Shown piece by piece: positions 27,680-36,153 of a stretch of DNA of 64,000 bases (its first letter is position 1; every line of letters starts with the position of its first letter). Source of the stretch: an uncultured bacterium (GTDB taxonomy: Bacteria; Patescibacteriota; Minisyncoccia; Phycocordibacterales; GWA1-40-21); the NCBI GenBank assembly GCA_963798465.1, contig CAWCTC010000001.1, forward strand, positions 4,315-68,314, read 5' to 3'. The position numbers and the translations under genes are program-made. The notes beneath the pieces are model-generated. The model was not told the DNA's origin, did not search any database, and worked only from the letters and a program-made list of their open reading frames with translations.

Positions 27680-29362
27680 TTAAAAATTGTAGAATATATG
27701 GATGAAAGATTTTATTCCACTGGCTGGAATATCAACCAATTTCGACCAAAAGCTCTTTGTCGATGAGGAATAGGAATTATTATCAGGAACTGAAAGACCT
27801 GAGTTCAAAACAGACGCAGTCTGATCAAGATTTTCTGCATTGGAATTTGCTGTCGATGTTGCTGACTCTTCCCTAGTCACGGCAATTTTATTATTCTGGT
27901 TATTTTTCAAAGCAAGAGAATCTTTGTAATTTTTTAGCAATTTTTCCGCATCTTCTACAGAAATATAATTACTTGATGAAGCAACGGCAAGATTACTTTC
28001 TGGCTGTGAGGTTGTTGCATTTTGCTGACCAAAATTATCAGAAGCTACTTCCCCATCAGTAGGATTATCAAGAAATATTCCGCTCGTCGAAGCGTCTATT
28101 CCCAAATCGTCTTTCGCCAAAATAATCTTATTTCCAGCACTTATGATGGTATCTTTCGGAAACAAAAAATCTTTTTGCATTCCCTTAATTTTCCAATTTC
28201 CAACATTTATTTCGGTTACTCCATTATTTTTAATTTCTATATCGCCATTTTCCGTATCTGAAATTGAAATGTCGGGAGAAACTACATTTACCGTAGTTCT
28301 GGAAATAGAATTATACTCTCCGCAAGTTCCGTTCAAAACGACTTGATATTCCCCGGGATATTTGTAGTTATGAGAAACATCCGTGCCTTCAGCATCAAAT
28401 CCATCGCCAAACGACCATGTAAATAAGGGAGAACATTGGCCATTTTGTTCAATATTATACTTGGCATCAAATTCAATCGGCGAGCCGACCGAAGCCAATC
28501 TTTCCCTTCCCGCCGAAATTTCAAAATCATTTTCATCATTATAATTGCTTATGTCTTCCGGATCCGAATGCGAAGAAACATAAACTATTTGTGTAGTTAT
28601 ATTTGTAATTGGCACTTGAGAAGTGGAAGAAGCAACCGATACTGTAGCACTACTACTTGCAGATCCTCCATCACAAGATATTGTAAAAATAGTATTAGCT
28701 GTCAAATTGTCTGAAGAAGCAGAACCAGATGTGCCGACTTGCCATGAAGAAGTGGCACCTTCAGATATTGCGCAAGAATTAACATTGCTTGAATTCCAGG
28801 AAATGGTTGTGGAAGAATTATAAGAAATAGACGAAGGTGCGGCAAAAATTGTGGCAGTTGGAGTTGTGCCTGAAGGAGGTGACGGAAGAGGTGACATTGA
28901 TGTTCCAATATTTATGATTTGGGTTGCTGAAATCCAGGACTGTCCTTGGGCCGAAACAGTTAAAGTAAAAGTCCCGTTTGTAGAATCCGAATAGCAAAAT
29001 CCTTTGTTTGCTTTGCTAGTTGACATTGTCAGCGTACCAGTAGCAGAAATTACAGCCCCGCATTCTCCGCCAATACTCGCGTTGTAAAAAATTCCAGTCG
29101 GAGAGGAAGATATAAATTGTAATTTTGTTGCTGAGCCAACCGCGGTTGAAGTACTGTCCGCATCTTGTGTCTGAACAGTCATAATTTGTGAAATCATACC
29201 AACTCCAATGTTTTGCGGGGCTGAAGTAAAAACTAATTTTGTTATATTACCATCTGCAAAAACTTTCTCCACAGAAATAAAATTAAAAAATATTACTGAT
29301 AAAAAAATCACAAACAAAAAGAACAAATTTTTATTTTTCATAATTATAAAATATATTAACAT
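27680..29362 (-). CDS. Secreted multidomain protein (Ig-like repeats, PKD domain, lamin-tail-like domain)
   Basis: Signal/TM segment KNKNLFFLFVIFLSVIFFNFISVEKVFA. PKD-like FTWSFGDGFDAEGTDVSHNYKYPGEYQVVLNG. LTD-like IEIKNNGVTEINVGNWKIKG...ISAGNKIILAKDD. Confidence 0.7.
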   Translation of the reverse strand: MLIYFIIMKNKNLFFLFVIFLSVIFFNFISVEKVFADGNITKLVFTSAPQNIGVGMISQIMTVQTQDADSTSTAVGSATKLQFISSSPTGIFYNASIGGECGAVISATGTLTMSTSKANKGFCYSDSTNGTFTLTVSAQGQSWISATQIINIGTSMSPLPSPPSGTTPTATIFAAPSSISYNSSTTISWNSSNVNSCAISEGATSSWQVGTSGSASSDNLTANTIFTISCDGGSASSSATVSVASSTSQVPITNITTQIVYVSSHSDPEDISNYNDENDFEISAGRERLASVGSPIEFDAKYNIEQNGQCSPLFTWSFGDGFDAEGTDVSHNYKYPGEYQVVLNGTCGEYNSISRTTVNVVSPDISISDTENGDIEIKNNGVTEINVGNWKIKGMQKDFLFPKDTIISAGNKIILAKDDLGIDASTSGIFLDNPTDGEVASDNFGQQNATTSQPESNLAVASSSNYISVEDAEKLLKNYKDSLALKNNQNNKIAVTREESATSTANSNAENLDQTASVLNSGLSVPDNNSYSSSTKSFWSKLVDIPASGIKSFIHIFYNF

Positions 29363-29403
29363 CCACCATCCCTCTTTCTCTAACTTTTTTGTGGATAACT
29401 TTT

Positions 29404-29422
29404 GCGAAGGTCTGACCTTCGC
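29404..29422 (+). repeat. REP hairpin a (GCGAAGGTCTGACCTTCGC)
   Basis: Palindromic hairpin 7 nt beyond the RAYT stop codon. Confidence 0.75.
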
Positions 29423-29428
29423 AAGAAA

Positions 29429-30121
29429 TTATTTAATATCTATTTTCTCTGGATTAAAATTTAGCCACTCAAATAAATTATTTTTAAAATTTTCTTTCGA
29501 CTCAAAATATTCCGGAAAAACTTTTTTATCTAAAATATCATTTTCTAATCTTTTCAAACCAAAATAATCCAAATAACTTGAATAAGTGTAAACATTTAAA
29601 AAATCCTTAGCTTTTTCAAAATCGCTTATACCAACATCTTTCCAATCAGATTGAATTAATTTTATTGGATTTAAGTGTATATATGAATATAAAAATTTTA
29701 GATAATTGTCATTATTGGCATGCTTTGCTTGAAACCTTCCTTGAAACAAGGCGCCACTCCTTTCATATTTTTTATTAAAATACATTGAGTATGAAGTTAA
29801 TAATTTTTGAAAAAAATTAGATATGCCGCCAGGAATTTTTTCACTAACCAATAAATGGAAGTGGTTCGGCATTAAGCACCAGGCACCAATATTAATCAGA
29901 TCTTTTTCTCTTGTATTTGCTAGGTTTGCGAAGGTCTGGCCTTCGCAGACATCATTTCTCTTCATTTCCCTAACATCTGTAGGCAAACTACTATTGCAAA
30001 TTTTTAACAAAAATAAAAATCGATCATAATCATATTTGTCCATAAAAATATCTCTTTTATCAACTCCCCTATTATAAATATGATAATATTCGCCTTCTGA
30101 AAATTTTATTTTTCTGTTCAT
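29429..30121 (-). CDS. REP-associated tyrosine transposase (RAYT; IS200/Y1 HUH family)
   Basis: 230 aa. EGEYYHIYNRGVDKRDIF, HUH motif CLMPNHFHLLV, catalytic Tyr region LYSYIHLNPIK. Flanked by REP hairpins. Confidence 0.8.
   Translation of the reverse strand: MNRKIKFSEGEYYHIYNRGVDKRDIFMDKYDYDRFLFLLKICNSSLPTDVREMKRNDVCEGQTFANLANTREKDLINIGAWCLMPNHFHLLVSEKIPGGISNFFQKLLTSYSMYFNKKYERSGALFQGRFQAKHANNDNYLKFLYSYIHLNPIKLIQSDWKDVGISDFEKAKDFLNVYTYSSYLDYFGLKRLENDILDKKVFPEYFESKENFKNNLFEWLNFNPEKIDIK
29928..29946 (+). repeat. REP hairpin b, inside the RAYT coding sequence
   Basis: GCGAAGGTCTGGCCTTCGC, translated in-frame as ..VCEGQTFAN.. of the RAYT. Confidence 0.75.
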
Positions 30122-30171
30122 CCAAAAATGATTATAACAACTTTTATATAAATAACAAAAAATAAAAACCC

Positions 30172-30190
30172 GCGAAGGTCTGGCCTTCGC
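30172..30190 (+). repeat. REP hairpin c
   Basis: GCGAAGGTCTGGCCTTCGC, upstream of the RAYT start. Confidence 0.75.
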
Positions 30191-30222
30191 GGTTTTTTAT
30201 TTTGAACAATTTTCGCTAACTT

Positions 30223-30241
30223 GCGAAGGTCTGGCCTTCGC
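30223..30241 (+). repeat. REP hairpin d
   Basis: GCGAAGGTCTGGCCTTCGC, with the same TAACTT...AAAAT flanks as copy a. Confidence 0.75.
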
Positions 30242-30256
30242 AAAATTTTGACAACA

Positions 30257-30286
30257 GAAAAGGCCGGCTCTTTCGAGTCGGCCTTT
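30257..30286 (-). terminator. Terminator of the 1164-aa surface protein gene
   Basis: AAAAGGCCG...CGGCCTTTT hairpin followed by a T-run on the minus strand. Confidence 0.65.
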
Positions 30287-30340
30287 TCTTAACCTATTCT
30301 TCTATGACGAATCCCATAGATAGAATCACAAGTGGTTATA

Positions 30341-33300
30341 TTAGTTGACCATTGATGAATAATTCTGTTGAGCTGTGCTGTATGAAGGTATCAACGTTGC
30401 GTTGATTCCTGTTGCTGCACCCTCTATATCATCCCATTTAACAAAGTTGGCTGAACCAAGCTGTGTTTTAATAGAATCATTACCTGCACCAAGAGTAGCA
30501 CCCGTTATGTTCGCTAGAACATCGAATGTTACTGTTGTATTTGCTGGGATTATGTAACCTGTACCATTAAACGCCAAAGTAGTTGTTCCATTTGACGCTG
30601 ATGATGAAGCTATAACGACACTTGAATTACCATCTACAACAAGGTTTATATTACCTGTTGTTGAAGCTGCGCCTGCAAATGACAAAACTATAGGAAGAGC
30701 AGTCAAATTGACTGAATTTCCAGAAGCTGTAACTGTAATTTGTGCTATCTGCAGATTGGTTCCATCGATGTTACCCTGAGTTGGCTTAGTACTCTGTACA
30801 AGGTTAATTACTGGGTAAGCTGCAACTGGTGTCAATTGTGAGCTTGAAGGTATTGGTGAAGGATAAAGCGTATTCGTTGCATTTCCAGATATGAATTTAA
30901 CTCTGGTCAATTGTAACTGAACTGGAACATCTGAAGGTATTCCGCCATTTGAACTTACATTATTGTAAGTAACAGTGACTGGAATATCTGTACCTGCATT
31001 CGAAAGCGGTATTGAAATACCAACTGGGAATGACAATGTTGTTGTAGCACCGAGAGAAACGGCTTGTGTAACGCCTGCGACAGTGATTGATGTAATCGCT
31101 GGTGAACCTACTGGAGTTGTGTTGAAATCCATTTCAGTTATTGAAGCTGCACCAATTGTAGACTTGAAGTTGAAGGTTGCGATAGCTGAATTTGATGTAC
31201 CTCCGAGAACAAGCTGTGCGCTAGGTGAAGCTGATGTAAGTGTAGGAGCATTTACTATTGATCCTACTCCAACTGTGAACGTCTGACCTACAACTGCTGG
31301 CCTTGAAGCATCTATGTTGCTGATTACACCGTTAGCTGTGACAGCCAAAGATGTTGATGCTGTTGAACCTGTTGTTAGAATTGAAGCACCGCCACCCAAT
31401 TTTCCTGAAACTGATGTAGCCAAAGTAACTGTTGTACCGTTTGCATTAGTTGCACTCTCGGTAATAGTTACATCGTTTCCATAGGTTGTGTTGTAATTCA
31501 ATGCTGTTGTTTTAGCTGTCAAAGTAAGTATTTTACCTGTTGCATTAACTGACGCTGTTACAGGAGAAGTACTTGAACCATTTATTGCAGCTAACATATA
31601 ACCTGCCATAGTAACATCTGTCGTACTAGCAAGGTAGCTACCAACAGTATATGAATTACCACCGACTACAACTGTCGCAGTATTGCCAATCTCAAAGTGA
31701 GATCCTCCGGCAAATGCAACTGTAGCTGTCGCCGCGCTTATTGATGTTGATGAAGTCAAATTTCCAATATCAGCAAAAATATCAACTGTCTGTGAACCAT
31801 TTGCTGGAATTGTTATATTTGTGCTGAAGTTGTTTGAAAGCTGTGGATTAACTTTTGTTGAATTAACTGATGTGTACAAATTTGACAAACCAGTAATTCC
31901 AAGTGAACCTCCGATATTTACTGTCAAACCAGTAACTCTTACCGCTTCTGATGAGTTTGAACTCAAAACGAATGAACCAATTTTGAAGTTAGTTGTATTC
32001 GCTGTAAGTGTTGAACTGTTATATGAAGCGTTCTGAGCGACTGTTAAACCTGCGCCGACTACTGACATAGTAGGACCGGTTACAGGATTTAATGGGAATG
32101 TTGACAAGGTTGAAGAATATGAACCCTGAGCATTGTTTGGATAACTTGACAAAGTTATCACTGTGCTCGTTCCTGCAGGAATATTTACGCCTGCTGGGTT
32201 CTTAAGATCTCCCTTTACATCAAGTGAAACTGTTCCTCCAGCTGGGATTACCAAAGATGATCCTAGGCTGAATAGAGTAGGTGTCGTTGAAGAAACATTC
32301 TGTGAGCTTGAAATTGATGCTCCGTTTGCGTATAAAGTGACATTTGTCAAATCTTGAGTTGCAGAAATATTAAGATAAGAAACCTTAACATCTTCTCCGT
32401 AACCTCTCAATGTGTATTTTGCCAAATCTACGTTTGTTGAACCTACAACTACATTGCCTGAGCTAAGTGTTGCATCTTGTGATGCTGACAAAGATCCTGC
32501 ATTTATGCTGATTGTATTTTCAGACATTGGAATACCTGAAGCTGTGATTCCGACATTGTAGTTTGAATCTACGACTTGGAAATCTGCAGCATTCTGCAAA
32601 TCAACGCTGAATGTTCTGTCTGCACCGTTTACTATATCTGCTCTTACTTCAATTGATCTGTTGCTGTCGATCTTGTAAGGATTTGATGAAAGATCAAAAG
32701 TGATCATTCCATTGTTATCCACACCTGATGCTGTAGCAACTTGAACTCCTGAAATAAACAAACCGATATTTGCAAGTGAATTTGAAGGAACTGAACCGAT
32801 TACCTTGAAAGCTGCGCTCTTAAGATAAACTGCTCTTCCGCCTTCCGAAAGACTTGCTCCCCAGATTGTGTACTGCAATGTTCCGGCATCAACTTGTGTT
32901 GCTGGCTGTACTGCTGTAAGACCAATTGTAGCAAGATCTGTTGCAACAGCTACCGTGAAGGTAGAACCTGTTATTGGATATACTCCTGAACCTGGGATGC
33001 TTGCTGTGACTCCTGTCAAAGCAACATTTACTGTTTGTCCGGCTGCAGCACTTGAAGCTATATCAGCTTTTACTGCAACTGTTACTGATTGCCCTGGAGC
33101 AACAGTGAACAATCCTGTTCCTGAATTAAATGTAATTTGTCCAGATGAAACTGTAGCTGCATCTGTCAATCTTGTTGCACCTTGGAAAAGGTAAACATTC
33201 GCAAGTGAAGTATCTGCTGAAACTCCGCCTCTCTGCAATGTTACGTTTGTAACAACTGCTGGAGCTGATGAAGTGTTCGTGAATGTGTATTCTGCCAAGT

Positions 33301-33835
33301 CTGCTGCTGCTTGACCTTCAATGACTGAACCTGCTGAAGGTGATGTAGCTGCTAAGGCGAAGTTTAAGCTTGAACCTGTTGCTACTACTGTTGTGCCTCC
33401 TGTTGTTGTCGTTGTGACTGAACCTGCTGTTGCATTTACTTTAGCCATTGTTATAGGACCAAAGTATCCGACTGCTGGTGAAATTCCCATAGCTGCCTGA
33501 TATTTTGCTAAAGCTGTTTTTGTCAAATTTCCAAAGTAACCGAATGCTGTGCCGGCTGGCATAACGAGGTCACCTTGAGCGACAAGAATATTTTGCAAAG
33601 CTGTGACATCTGCACCTGAACTTCCAATCGTGAGACTCTTAGTGAAAGTGTATGATGAAGCTGTTGCGACTGGTGCTGCTATTGAAGCCATCAATGATGA
33701 TGCTTGCGTAGCATTGATTATTCCTGCTGCTTGAAGCATAGAAATATCTGCTGACGTCAAAGCAAAGACTGAAGTAGCAACCAATGAAAGTGTCATCACA
33801 ATTGATGCAATGACACCGATTTTATTTTTACTCAT
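30341..33835 (-). CDS. Large wall-associated surface protein (S-layer/adhesin-like) with N-terminal peptidoglycan-binding domain
   Basis: 1164 aa. Signal peptide MSKNKIGVIASIVMTLSLVATSVFA. PG_binding_1-like GSSGADVTALQNILVAQGDL...GYFGNLTKTALAKYQAAMGI. The remaining ~1000 aa are Thr/Ser/Ala/Val/Gly/Asn-rich beta-type sequence with almost no charged residues. The gene has clearly higher GC than its surroundings. Confidence 0.7.
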   Translation of the reverse strand: MSKNKIGVIASIVMTLSLVATSVFALTSADISMLQAAGIINATQASSLMASIAAPVATASSYTFTKSLTIGSSGADVTALQNILVAQGDLVMPAGTAFGYFGNLTKTALAKYQAAMGISPAVGYFGPITMAKVNATAGSVTTTTTGGTTVVATGSSLNFALAATSPSAGSVIEGQAAADLAEYTFTNTSSAPAVVTNVTLQRGGVSADTSLANVYLFQGATRLTDAATVSSGQITFNSGTGLFTVAPGQSVTVAVKADIASSAAAGQTVNVALTGVTASIPGSGVYPITGSTFTVAVATDLATIGLTAVQPATQVDAGTLQYTIWGASLSEGGRAVYLKSAAFKVIGSVPSNSLANIGLFISGVQVATASGVDNNGMITFDLSSNPYKIDSNRSIEVRADIVNGADRTFSVDLQNAADFQVVDSNYNVGITASGIPMSENTISINAGSLSASQDATLSSGNVVVGSTNVDLAKYTLRGYGEDVKVSYLNISATQDLTNVTLYANGASISSSQNVSSTTPTLFSLGSSLVIPAGGTVSLDVKGDLKNPAGVNIPAGTSTVITLSSYPNNAQGSYSSTLSTFPLNPVTGPTMSVVGAGLTVAQNASYNSSTLTANTTNFKIGSFVLSSNSSEAVRVTGLTVNIGGSLGITGLSNLYTSVNSTKVNPQLSNNFSTNITIPANGSQTVDIFADIGNLTSSTSISAATATVAFAGGSHFEIGNTATVVVGGNSYTVGSYLASTTDVTMAGYMLAAINGSSTSPVTASVNATGKILTLTAKTTALNYNTTYGNDVTITESATNANGTTVTLATSVSGKLGGGASILTTGSTASTSLAVTANGVISNIDASRPAVVGQTFTVGVGSIVNAPTLTSASPSAQLVLGGTSNSAIATFNFKSTIGAASITEMDFNTTPVGSPAITSITVAGVTQAVSLGATTTLSFPVGISIPLSNAGTDIPVTVTYNNVSSNGGIPSDVPVQLQLTRVKFISGNATNTLYPSPIPSSSQLTPVAAYPVINLVQSTKPTQGNIDGTNLQIAQITVTASGNSVNLTALPIVLSFAGAASTTGNINLVVDGNSSVVIASSSASNGTTTLAFNGTGYIIPANTTVTFDVLANITGATLGAGNDSIKTQLGSANFVKWDDIEGAATGINATLIPSYSTAQQNYSSMVN

Positions 33836-34390
33836 ATCTAATTTATAATTTTTAATTAAAAGAAAAAACTTTCCTTAACATTAACTAATAAAAAGCTAAT
33901 AACGTTGGAAAGAATCTCTTCGTTTTCTCACCAGTGAACTCTTTCGAGCAAAATAAAATGTTTCGACTAAAAACTTTTTTATTTAAATCTGATGAACATC
34001 TTTATTCCCATTGAAATTTATGAAATGACCTTTCAAAAATTTCGGGATAACACACGGCCGACATATTGCACGTGCGACTTCCTTTCTACTATTCCCTCTT
34101 TTTTATATTCTCAATCACACGATCGTCTTGAGCAGACAAAAGTTTTTTAGTGAATGAGTTCGACACAAAAAAGTTGGATTAGTTGGCGTGAACAAAAACT
34201 ATCTTTCTGTAATTCTGAACTATTCAATTGTCAAAGTTCTCGACCACTGACAAATGGACTTGAGCGAGTCCGAATCAGTTTTTCTGTATTGGTTAATCTT
34301 TTCAGATTAACCGATTAGACCGCCTTTAAAAGCCGTCTAATTTTTGAGAAATACAAAGCGTTTTTAGGCGCAACATACATCTCAACAATC

Positions 34391-34419
34391 ATTATATATC
34401 TTGTTAGAATATCTAGCAA
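34391..34419 (-). promoter_or_regulatory. Candidate strong promoter of the surface protein gene (TTGCTA-N17-TATAAT)
   Basis: -35 at 34414-34419 and -10 at 34391-34396 (minus strand). Implies a ~550-nt 5' UTR. Confidence 0.45.
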
Positions 34420-34623
34420 AATAAATAACTGTGGATAACTAAAAAAAGTTTCTACCTATCGCCATTGACTTAAGACGCTTAAATAAAAACTGCAACTAAT
34501 ATAGCCACAAAAGTATTGTTGCACACTAAAGGTGAAAAGGCAACGAAAAAACTATTGATTATTTACTAAAATTCTTGGTTAATTTTCAATAAAATTGTTT
34601 CGTAAATAAAGGACAAAAAAACT

Positions 34624-34642
34624 GCGAAGGTTTCACCTTCGC
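34624..34642 (+). repeat. REP hairpin e (variant GCGAAGGTTTCACCTTCGC) within a longer terminator hairpin
   Basis: Embedded in AAAGGACAAAAAA...TTTTTTGTCCTTT (34607-34664), just after the wHTH gene stop. Confidence 0.6.
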
Positions 34643-34661
34643 AGTTTTTATTTTTTGTCCT

Positions 34662-35516
34662 TTACTTAGATATAAAATATTTTGACCATCTTCTTTCTCC
34701 CTCCTTTTTTAAGGTCCCTTTTGATACTAAAGATAGGAGTTCTCTCTGTATAGTTTTTTCGCTGCAGTCTTTTATATTTTGAGCAAAATCCTTTATCGTA
34801 AGTTTTATTCCGCTTTTTAACATTGAGAGAATAATATCTTGTCTGTTGTTTTTGTCCTTTATAATTTTTACCGGCGCAGTTGTTTTTATAACAGACATTT
34901 TTTCAACTGGATTATTTTTTGTGTTTTCATCAGCAGATTCTTTCTGTCCTTTATAAGAGACATTTGTGTCTGTTATAGGATTATTTTTAATTAGGTTTGC
35001 ATCTGTTATCTGCACGGAAGGATCCTTGAAAGTCTGTTTTGGAATATATTTATAATCGCCGTCAAACATGTTCGGTTCAAAAGCAATTTTTGCCGATGAA
35101 AAATTTGACGAAGAGGTTATAATAAAATCAGTCAATTTTCTGAGCTCGGCAGTAATTATTTGATGATTCATTTTTGACATCATTTTTGCATTTTCAGCGA
35201 CATCAAAAAGAACTGATAATTCTCCGATAGCCAACAAAAGATTTTTCTGAAATATTTCTTCACCCCAAACTCTATTGGACATGTTCAAAGCATTCTCAAG
35301 CATCTTGTTTGCAAGTGCTCTAGCTCTTTCTCTCATCGGTTCTTTTTCAGACATCAATCCTGTTAAAAGATAAACTGCTTTTACTAGTTTTTCTGTCTTT
35401 TGAAAAACAAACAAACCATATGAGTCACCAGCAAAAAGGACACTAATATCAGCTGTAGCAGCTTTACTGTTTTGATTTTGAGAAGTTATTAAATTATTTT
35501 GATTTTGATTTTCCAT
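34662..35516 (-). CDS. Putative transcriptional regulator with C-terminal winged helix-turn-helix
   Basis: 284 aa. C-terminus LTIKDFAQNIKDCSEKTIQRELLSLVSKGTLKKEGERRWSKYFI (DeoR/HTH_11-like wHTH). The helical N-terminal domain is uncharacterised. Confidence 0.55.
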   Translation of the reverse strand: MENQNQNNLITSQNQNSKAATADISVLFAGDSYGLFVFQKTEKLVKAVYLLTGLMSEKEPMRERARALANKMLENALNMSNRVWGEEIFQKNLLLAIGELSVLFDVAENAKMMSKMNHQIITAELRKLTDFIITSSSNFSSAKIAFEPNMFDGDYKYIPKQTFKDPSVQITDANLIKNNPITDTNVSYKGQKESADENTKNNPVEKMSVIKTTAPVKIIKDKNNRQDIILSMLKSGIKLTIKDFAQNIKDCSEKTIQRELLSLVSKGTLKKEGERRWSKYFISK

Positions 35517-35862
35517 ATTTTATATATATGAATGTCTTTTAATAAAAAGTCCTTTATTTTCAGGTGTCTTTTATGTTTGTCCTTTTATTTATAAAGGACC
35601 GGAGAGCAACTTACTGATTAGTTTATTATGTCCATTACTAAATGTCAATGACTATTTTACTACTATAAAAGACATTTGTCAATAGGACAAATGGGGGACA
35701 TTTTAAGAGTATTTTGACAAAAAATTTTACATTAAATCATATGCATATTTGTAAGCACGGCGAAGCAATCCAGAATTAATAATCTAGATTGCTTCACTGC
35801 GCTCGCAAAGACAAAAAAGTAATGGCTTATAAAATAAATTACAGGAAATTATAAAATATTTT

Positions 35863-36016
35863 TGTTATAATTAACTCGCTAAAGTTTTTGTCGACGTGCT
35901 GAAAATGAGGGTTTGATAGAGATACATTTTATCAAATAAATATATCAAAATATAACCGCCAGTTCATGTAACATCAGCACACATTTTCATCGACAAAAAT
36001 TTTCTCGGGTAAATAT
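35863..36016 (+). promoter_or_regulatory. TGnTATAAT promoter + structured leader element, copy B
   Basis: TGTTATAATTAACTCGCTAAAGTTTTTGTCGACGTGCTGAAAATG ... CAGCACACATTTTCATCGACAAAAATTTTCTCGGGTAAATATC-ATG (22-aa uORF 36018-36086), leading into ftsK. Confidence 0.5.
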
Positions 36017-36049
36017 CATGGCATCAAAAAATAAAGGAAAAAAGAAAGA

Positions 36050-36153
36050 CCCCGTAAAGAATTTTATAAGAACAATTGTTGACTAAACTTAAATACTGAA
36101 ATTAACAAAAAATATCATGTCAAAATTAAAACGAAGTGAAAATTCACACAGGG
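36050..36153 (+). promoter_or_regulatory. Start-codon cassette, copy 2
   Basis: CCCCGTAAAGAATTTT ... ATG(36117) ... GAAAATTCACACAGGG. Confidence 0.6.

Noticed and set aside
29404-30241. Repeated palindromes as a possible CRISPR array
   Set aside because: The copies are 19-nt perfect palindromes with irregular spacing (about 50 to 500 nt) and sit next to a RAYT gene. There are no regularly spaced unique spacers and no cas genes, so these are REP elements.
30375-33194. Plus-strand ORFs antisense to the 1164-aa gene (30375-30557, 30975-31286, 31821-32036, 32163-32357, 32868-33194)
   Set aside because: They are shadow ORFs created by the skewed composition of the long minus-strand gene. They have no start context and no recognisable motifs.
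29390-34440. Two perfect DnaA boxes (TGTGGATAA at 29390 and 34430, both as TGTGGATAACT) as a replication origin
   Set aside because: There are only two boxes, 5 kb apart, with no dnaA/dnaN, no AT-rich unwinding repeats and no box cluster. About one perfect box is expected by chance in 64 kb of this composition. Both do sit near promoters of secreted-protein genes, so a regulatory role cannot be excluded, but the evidence is too thin to report.
27494-36016. Elements A and B as terminal inverted repeats of a composite transposon carrying the island
   Set aside because: Each copy has its own extended -10 promoter and ends exactly at an ATG in the same relative orientation. They behave as divergent promoter-leaders. 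No target-site duplication is visible. The only transposase inside is a RAYT, which does not use TIRs.
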